Source of the DNA: Calcarisporiella thermophila CBS 279.70
Taxonomy: Eukaryota; Fungi; Calcarisporiellomycota
NCBI RefSeq assembly: GCF_041956535.1
Contig: NW_027192224.1
Coordinates: forward strand, 60,195-124,194
Length of the DNA: 64,000 bases
Reading direction: 5' to 3'
The notes under the pieces were generated by a model. The model worked only from the letters and a program-made list of their open reading frames with translations. It did no database searches and had not been told where the DNA came from. Position numbers and translations under genes: made by a program. Position 1 is the first letter of the stretch. Each line of letters starts with the position of its first letter. Below are positions 56,701 to 64,000 of the stretch, one piece after another.

Positions 56701-59700
56701 CGGCTGAAGGAGGCCGAGGCGGACGAGTTGCGCAACGCGATTTCCCGCTACTGGGACTCGGTGGAGGAGCGGGTGAAGCGGTTCCCCTACGAGGTGGTTG
56801 TGTCGCTGCGGATGGAGGAGTGCAAGCGCGAATTATCCGACATATCCCGCCGAGTGTTGTCCGAGAAGAAGTATATGCTGCAGCTGCTGCAGCAGACGCT
56901 CGCGAACTCCTCGGCGACGGACGCCCTGGCCCTCAACCATGTGCGCCGGAAGCTCAAAGAAAAAGTCGCACAGTGGGACGCGGATTTCGCGGGGCTGGTG
57001 CGCCGCTTCTGCGTGCCAGAGCGCGAGCTGAGACGGGCGCTTGCCCTGGCCGGCGGGAAGCTGAAGAGAACCTTCTCGGACCGAGAGTACGGACTCTCCG
57101 TGGTGGTGCCGCTTTCATCCTTGGGGGCGGGGCAGGACGCAGATTTGCCGTTGGTTGGCTTGGAGGTGGAGCCACATGGGGTGGTGGAGGAGGAGATGGA
57201 GGTCCCGGTGCTGGGCAACTCCCCCACCCTGGGGGGCTCGGTTCTCGACTCGATCGAGGTGACCAAGAGGGCTTCCCCTGAACCGCTCGAGCTCGAACCG
57301 GTGCCCGACAACGCTGTGTTGACCCCGGTCTCCTCCTCCAGCTCGATAACGACCGCCTCATCGCCAAGTGCGGCCGGCAGGCTGAAGTCCGATACCGATC
57401 TCTCTGTGACGCGGCGATTTTCCATGAAGCTCATGAAGGAGCATCGGCTTCAGAACTCTAGGCGCTACCACCCCACCCTGGACCCCGTAGCCTCCGCGAC
57501 CGGAAGCACGACGGACTCGGAGGCCCCCTCCAGTATACCCACATCATTACCCGAGATGGACACGGCCCATCGTGGCGTCAGGTCGAACTTATCCACCTCG
57601 AAAACCCCCGAAGGTGGGCCCAGTTCCGTGACGGCAACCGGACGGCTGCCAAGGCCCATTCGAGGCGGCACGCCTGTGTCTATTGCTGGCTACCCTCTGA
57701 GGCGCAATCCGCCCGAGGCAAACGAGCCGGAGAGGCGGTTCCAACTACGGCTACCCAAGCTAAAAAGCGCCCCGTCTTCTTCGTTGCATACGGCCAATAC
57801 AAGCGCAAGTCTACGGCCGTTGAGCAGCGGCACCTCTTCCTCTGGAGGCAAGAAGCCTGTGAGCAGTGGGAGCGCGGGAGGTAGACTAAGTTCAATTCCA
57901 CGTAGAGTTGTGCAAGATGCACGCAATACTGCTGCCGCTGCCGCTGCCGTCGCAGCCGCCTCGGTTAGCCGCAAGCGAAGCACCCCGAAGATAGTGACAA
58001 GGCCAGTGACGAAATTATTTACCGGTAACAAACTTGACGACGATGACGACGACGAAGAGGAGGAGAATGAGGAGGAAGTGACGAAGCCAAGGGCGAGCTT
58101 GCCTTTCGAGGACGCGGATGATGAGGGGCGCGAATGGGGTGTGTTCTCGCATATCTTCACCGACGAGCTAGACGACTGGACTTCCGCAGCCAGAGAGGCC
58201 CCAAATGGAGCTATCTCTCCCGTTATGAATATGTCGCCAGCCGTAAGCGCGAGTGCCGATAAAGCCGATTCCTACCTCTCTGCCCTGGCTTTCCTTGGCG
58301 AGGATCTTCCCGATTCAGGATTAGTCGTGGAACAAGTGCTTGAGCAAGGGGCTGTGAAGGAGAAGGAAGGTGAAATAGAACCGAGCCCAGTTGCCGATAC
58401 CGGAAAATCCGCCCTTGCCTCTCTCGCCGCCCCCACCTCATCGACAACCGCAGCGGCGGGCGGGTTGATGCTCCCTCAATTGGAGGATACGCAGGATGGG
58501 ATGTCCATTATGAAGGCGCTTGCCACTTTCTGGTCTGAGCGCACATCCCTCCTGTGGCCCATCGAGTACCCCTTGCAGCCTACTGAACACGTCTTTGCCG
58601 ACTCCCCGGTGATCGTCAGGGAGGACGAGCCAAGTTCTATCATTGCCTACACCTTGAGGTAATGTCTCCTGCTGGATAGGGTGTATTTCCTACTGAGAGT
58701 GGGGCAAGCAATTTTATTTATTTGCCTATTCTTTATTTTCTATGCCACAGCTGTAAGGACTATCTCGAGAAGCTCCGGATGATGCAGGATGGGCAGCTGG
58801 CGCTCAGCGAGCCAAATGAGCTCATGCTCGACGAGGACGCATGGGAAGGAGGCGGTATTGAGAAAACGCTCCTGCGTGAGACGGGCACCCACATGAAATA
58901 CCATTTCTCAGATGGCGCCACGAAGATGTCCTGCAAAGTGTTTTTCGCTGAGCAGTTTGACGCGCTTCGTCGAAACTGCGGGACCGAGGAGACCTACATC
59001 GAGAGCTTGGCACGATGTGTGAAGTGGGACTCGTCGGGCGGAAAGAGCGGGAGCACTTTCTTGAAAACAAGAGACGACCGATTGGTGATGAAGCAGGTGT
59101 CTCGGCCCGAGATGGAGGCCTTTTTGAAATTTGCCCCCGCCTATTTCTATTACATGTCCGAGGCGTTTTTCCATGATGTGAGTAGTTCGATCGGCTGTTT
59201 TAGACGGCTAAATGAAGGGAGAAAAAAACGCTACGGGCACTGATGTATTTATTGGATATCCTGTCATTTTTTAGCTCCCCACCATTCTTGCCAAGATTTT
59301 TGGCTTCTACCGCATCTCGTTCAAGAATGGCTCCACGGGTCGCTCGATGAGATGGGACGTTCTGGTGATGGAGAACCTCTTCTACGAGCGCAAAATCTCC
59401 AAGATTTTTGATCTGAAAGGATCCATGCGTAATCGCCACGTTCAGTCCACCGGCAAGGACAATGAGGTGCTGCTGGACGAGAACCTAGTCGAATGTAAGC
59501 TTGTCTTTTATTTTCTGGCTGTGTTTGTGTTGTTTGCGCTTCTCTATCTTGGACGCTAACTTCTAACTTGGGGGCGGGGGATTTAGTCATCTACCAGTCG
59601 CCCCTTTTCATTCGCGAGCACTCGAAGGAAATGTTACGGGGATCGCTTCACAACGACGCCCTCTTCCTTTCGAAAATGAATGTCATGGACTATTCGCTGC

Positions 59701-60079
59701 TGGTGGGGATCGACGAGGAGAACCAAGAGCTGGTGGTAGGGATTGTGGGTGCGTAGCGTTTGCTGTGTTTGTTTCCATTTCCTAACTAGGCAGCTCATAT
59801 CGGGACTGAATTTTAGATTTTATCCGCACCTTTACCTGGGATAAAAAGCTCGAGTCTTGGGTCAAGGAGACGGGCTTTCTCGGGGGTGGCGGGAAAGAGC
59901 CGACCATTGTATCCCCTAGGCAGTATAAGATTCGGTTCAAGGAGGCGATGGAGCGCTACTTTTTGATGGTGCCCGACATATGGGCCACGCCAAAGGCGCT
60001 GCGCAGACCAAGGAGGATGATCGTGGGCGAGGGTCAAAGCCAGGCGCAGGGTGTGATCAGGGAGATCGGAAAGGTTTAA
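53737..60079 (+). CDS. FAB1: 1-phosphatidylinositol-3-phosphate 5-kinase (Fab1/PIKfyve), apparently without FYVE domain; ~6 exons
   Basis: CCT/TCP1-like domain ([14 protein letters not shown]), CCR region ([23 protein letters not shown]), [11 protein letters not shown], and PIPK domain ([40 protein letters not shown]). Confidence 0.95.
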
Positions 60080-60381
60080 GCCCCAAGATGGTGGGGGGTG
60101 GAGTAGGAGAGATTAAGTAGACTGAGTTGCATGTTTATTCTATGTTTTATCATTTTTTTACACCCTATGTACAAAATATCCCCTCTAATTATCACGCACA
60201 CCATTGTATTATTTTGTTGCCTCCTTGCTCCTTCATGGAACCTCGATGTAATTTTCCCCCCTATCGCAGACTCAGGTCGAACATTTTGACTCTAGCTGTT
60301 TATTTATGAAGACTTGAGGGCAGATTTAATTTTCACTAAAATTGCGACCTCCTTTTCTGTCACCTCCATTCACCCATCTCA

Positions 60382-61301
60382 ATGTCTGGGATTTGCCTGG
60401 CTCGCCTAGCAGAAGAACGCAAGCAGTGGCGTAAAGACCACCCCTATGTAAGCTACTGCACCTGATGACACTTGCTCTCTGCCAAGATCATGCTGACGAA
60501 ATTCCCCCAGGGATTTTATGCTCGACCAGCAAAGAAGGAGGATGGGACGCTCGATCTCATGAACTGGCACTGCGGGATTCCGGGCAAACCGGGGGTATGT
60601 TTTGAGAACATTGTGCTTCAGCTCAAAGATCCTCGTTGGATCCGCATCTGACTTGCGATTGACTATTAGACTTGTTGGGAGAACGGGCTGTACAAACTTC
60701 ACATGCAGTTCACAGAAGGTAAATATACAACATCGGCGTTGGTCATCACAATTGCTAATGGGCTCCTCTACCCCCTCTGCATGTGCCCTCTTTCCCCTCA
60801 TGATGCCTAGACTACCCAAGTAAACCGCCCAAATGTAAGTGTAGAAGCACTCCCATTCTTCGGCGCGGTATGAATTTTTCTTCCTTCCATTAGGCAGGTT
60901 TACCCCTCCGTTGTTTCATGTCAATGTCTACCCTTCAGGCACGGTGTGCCTGAGCATATTAAACGAAGAGGAGGGCTGGAAACCCGCCATCACCATTAAG
61001 CAGGTGAGAAGCGTGATGAATTGATTAATGAGATGGTTGCCGATTTTGTGTAATTCGGTGCCGGCTTTAATGCAGATTTTACTGGGTATCCAAGATCTCC
61101 TCGACTCCCCCAACATGGCTTCGCCCGCACATGCAGAGGCATATCAACTCTACAGGTAAAGATGCGGTGGCCTGGATAGGGGGTGTGACAGGGAATTTGA
61201 CGGTAGTTTTCTTGTATCTATTCTGTTTGCTTTGCAATAGAAAAAACCGCTCCGGATACGACAAGCGCATCCGGCAACAAGCCAGGGAAAACCAACAGTA
61301 A
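60382..61301 (+). CDS. UBC9: SUMO-conjugating enzyme E2; 7 exons
   Basis: [28 protein letters not shown]...WHCGIPGK...DYPSKPPKC...[35 protein letters not shown]. Confidence 0.95.
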
Positions 61302-62088
61302 CTCACCCATCCAACCTACTCAATCTAATTCTTCTATAGCATCGTGATTTTGTTTATTGGAATAAACCCCTTGCCACTCTATCCCCCTTCACCCCGATAC
61401 GCCCTCAAAGATACCCGGGCAGATCCTCGCTCTGCCTTCCCCCATGGCCGAGAACCCCCGTGATAAAGCCATTCCACTCGCTGTTGAGGGTTTCCCACCC
61501 AATCTCCCTAGCCTGCCTATCTCATCCAACTCGATGATGCTATAGAGAGGCCCTGGCTACTACTGTATTCAGTGCGCCTAGGACCAGGGGCCCAAATAAG
61601 GGCAGTAGCGTATCTGCTCAGCATTGACCTAAGCATTTGACTGTGAAGCCATGAGCATATAAGGGGCTACATCTCAAATGCACAGCATGCATCCTGTATT
61701 CATTCCACACCATTCACCCATGGATATGGTGCATTCAGTGCTCGGTGGAGGAATCAGCATCCCGCCGGCCGAGCTTTGCATCCAAACCATTTCCCCCCCG
61801 ATGGCCATTCAAAGCGCAAAACATGTGTAACAAAAGCGCGGGAGTCACTTGACATCTAAATGCGGAAGCGCTGATAAGATTGCGCGTGAAAGTGGGTGAC
61901 GAGGATTCAGCCATGGAACTTGTTGAGCAAGCAACCCCCTTATGGTAATGCTTGCGAACTCTTTCCGGTGCGCCGATGGGAGGGAGAGGCGAGCAGCGGG
62001 CGGATTTTGGGCCGAAGAGTGGCCAGAGCTGTCAACCGAATGCGGCGCGGCCAGATGACAGCTGGCATGCGCAGGGCCGCTGCTGGCA

Positions 62089-62133
62089 GGGGGGGGGGGG
62101 GGCGCGAGGACCGGGGGGGTGTTTGGGGATGGG
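62089..62133 (+). other. G-rich tract with G-quadruplex potential upstream of GCV2
   Basis: G14, G7, G4 and G3 runs within 45 nt, about 370 nt upstream of the GCV2 ATG. Confidence 0.6.
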
Positions 62134-62505
62134 CGGAATTGTCTCTAAAGGTAATTCGCCTCTGATCTCCTTATGGGCATTCGGTGCGGGTCCATATTAG
62201 AAATCACAAAGCGGTGAGAGGTCGAGCAGCTGTAAAGGAAGGTGAAAAAATTTTGATTCAAGGTGATTTGAGATTCAAAAAACTCTGCACCACGTGGGCA
62301 AGCATAAATAACAAACGGGAACTTTCGGCCTGAGAATTTTGGGGTCTGTTTATCTTTATAAAATTGCCTGGTTTCCGCTCGCCCGCCTCTCTCTGAAGTG
62401 GGAACCCATCCTTCTCTTGCGAAGCCTTCTCCAGCCTGCGCCTGCTCTTCCCCTCCCTCTCCGCCGCCTCCTCGCCCGTATTGATCGCCTCTAATCACCT
62501 CATCC

Positions 62506-64000
62506 ATGTTCTCCCGCCTCCCCCTTCTGCGCGCACGCTCTGCGCCGGCTGCCGCCCGCCTCCTCTTCTCCCACCCCTCTAATGCGCGCCAGCGCCTCTG
62601 CCCGCCGCGCCGCCTGCACCACGGCGACACCAGGCCCACGCAGGGCGTCTTCGCGCCGCTCGACACCTTCACCAGGCGCCATCTCGGCTCCACCAAGCAG
62701 GAGGAGGTCGGCACCATGCTGCAGACGGTCGGAGTGAAGAATTTCGAGGAGCTGGTCAGCAAGGTCGTGCCGCCGGGCATCCGCACGCCCAGGCCGCTCG
62801 CCATCGACGGCGGATTCACCGAGAGCGAGCTGCTGCACCGCCTCAAGGCCATTGCATCCAAGAACAAGGTCTACCGCAGCTACATCGGAATGGGCTACAC
62901 AAACACCATTGTTCCCGCCGTGATTCTCCGCAATATCCTGGAAAACCCCGGATGGTATACCCAGTACACCCCCTATCAGCCTGAGATTTCCCAGGGCCGC
63001 CTCGAGTCGCTCCTGAACTTCCAGACGATGGTGACCGACATGACCGGGCTTCCAATCGCCAACGCCTCCCTGCTGGACGAGGGCACCGCTGCGGCTGAGG
63101 CAATGCTCATGTGCTGGCAGGCAGGAAAGCGCAAGCGCTCCGTGTTCTTCGTCGACGCCAACTGCCACCCGCAGACCATTGCGTGTCTCCAGACCCGCGC
63201 GGAGGCCTTCGGCATCCGCGTGGCGGTGGGCGACCACCAATCGTTCGATTTCGACGCAGTCAAGAGCGATCTTGCCGGGGTGCTGGTCCAGGTAGGCTCT
63301 CTCTCTCTCTTTTTGCCAAGCAATGCTTAACCCGCTCTAACCTCGCCCCCGCCTCTAGTATCCTGGATCCGACGGCGCCGTCGTCGATTATCAAGCGCTC
63401 AGCGACAAAGTCCATGCGCTGGGAGGCGAGGTGGTGGTTGCCACCGACCTCATGGCCCTCACGATGCTGAAGCCCCCCGGCGAGTTCGGCGCCGACATTG
63501 CCGTCGGCAATAGCCAGCGCTTTGGCGTGCCCCTCGGCTACGGCGGTCCCCACGCCGCTTTCTTCGCATGCAAAGAACACCACAAGCGCCGTATGCCCGG
63601 GCGTCTCGTGGGCGTCTCCAAGGACGCCGACGGCAACAAGGCACTGCGCTTGGCTCTACAGACGCGCGAGCAGCACATCCGTCGTGAGAAGGCAACCAGC
63701 AACGTGTGCACGGCGCAAGCCCTTCTCGCGAACATGTCCGCGATGTACGCCGTGTACCACGGACCCGAGGGTGTGCGCAGCATCGCGCAGAGAATCCACA
63801 ACATGGCCACCGTGCTGGCGGACGGGATCCAGTCTGCGGGCCACCACGTGAAGAGCGAGGTGTTTTTCGACACCCTGACCGTCGAGGTCCAGGGCGGATC
63901 GGCCCAGGCCGTTCTCGACAAGGCCCTTGCCAAGGGCATCAACCTTCGCAGAGTCGATGACAAGACCGTGGGCGTGACCCTCGACGAGGCGGTGACGCGC
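62506..64000 (+). CDS. GCV2: Glycine decarboxylase P-protein, mitochondrial; 5' part, runs off the window; intron ~63292-63358
   Basis: Presequence, then [99 protein letters not shown]. Confidence 0.97.

Noticed and set aside
61400-62500. Glycine riboswitch or other ncRNA upstream of GCV2
   Set aside because: No recognisable aptamer consensus or convincing stems by eye; glycine riboswitches are bacterial.
62145-63963. Long antisense and overlapping ORFs over GCV2 (also over FAB1 and ADE6)
   Set aside because: Expected shadows of high-GC3 coding sequence; no independent motifs.
14372-64000. ADE6 plus GCV2 as a purine/one-carbon gene cluster
   Set aside because: They are 44 kb apart with many unrelated genes between; no evidence of clustering.

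Overview
Eukaryotic, intron-rich fungal genomic DNA with short GT-AG introns, mostly 45-110 nt. A SAM-domain kinesin-13 and a WD40-type inositol 5-phosphatase suggest an early-diverging (non-Dikarya) fungus; this is an inference. About 20 genes can be reconstructed by hand, in order: NUDT15-like Nudix hydrolase, Cas1p/CASD1 O-acetyltransferase, kinesin-13, AP-2 alpha adaptin, a Fungal_trans factor with no visible Zn cluster, ADE6, WD40-inositol 5-phosphatase, omega-like GST, MTG2, a factor with two Zn2Cys6 clusters, a small C2H2 protein, an ABCB/MDR pump, a 14-TM MFS pump, ATE1, an unrecognised multi-exon gene, a secreted carboxylesterase, VPS23, FAB1, UBC9 and the 5' part of GCV2. I saw no tRNA, rRNA, CRISPR array or intact mobile element. 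I found no single unmistakable novel system. The best leads are a possible drug-efflux/detox regulatory locus (about 23.8-40 kb, perhaps extending to the esterase at 50.8 kb) with an unusual two-Zn-cluster regulator, a FYVE-less Fab1, a Ubc9 with HVN in place of HPN, a DNA-binding-domain-less Fungal_trans protein divergent from ADE6, and an orphan gene whose intron carries a recursive-splice-like AG|GTAAG site. Exon boundaries were read by eye and need RNA-seq confirmation.
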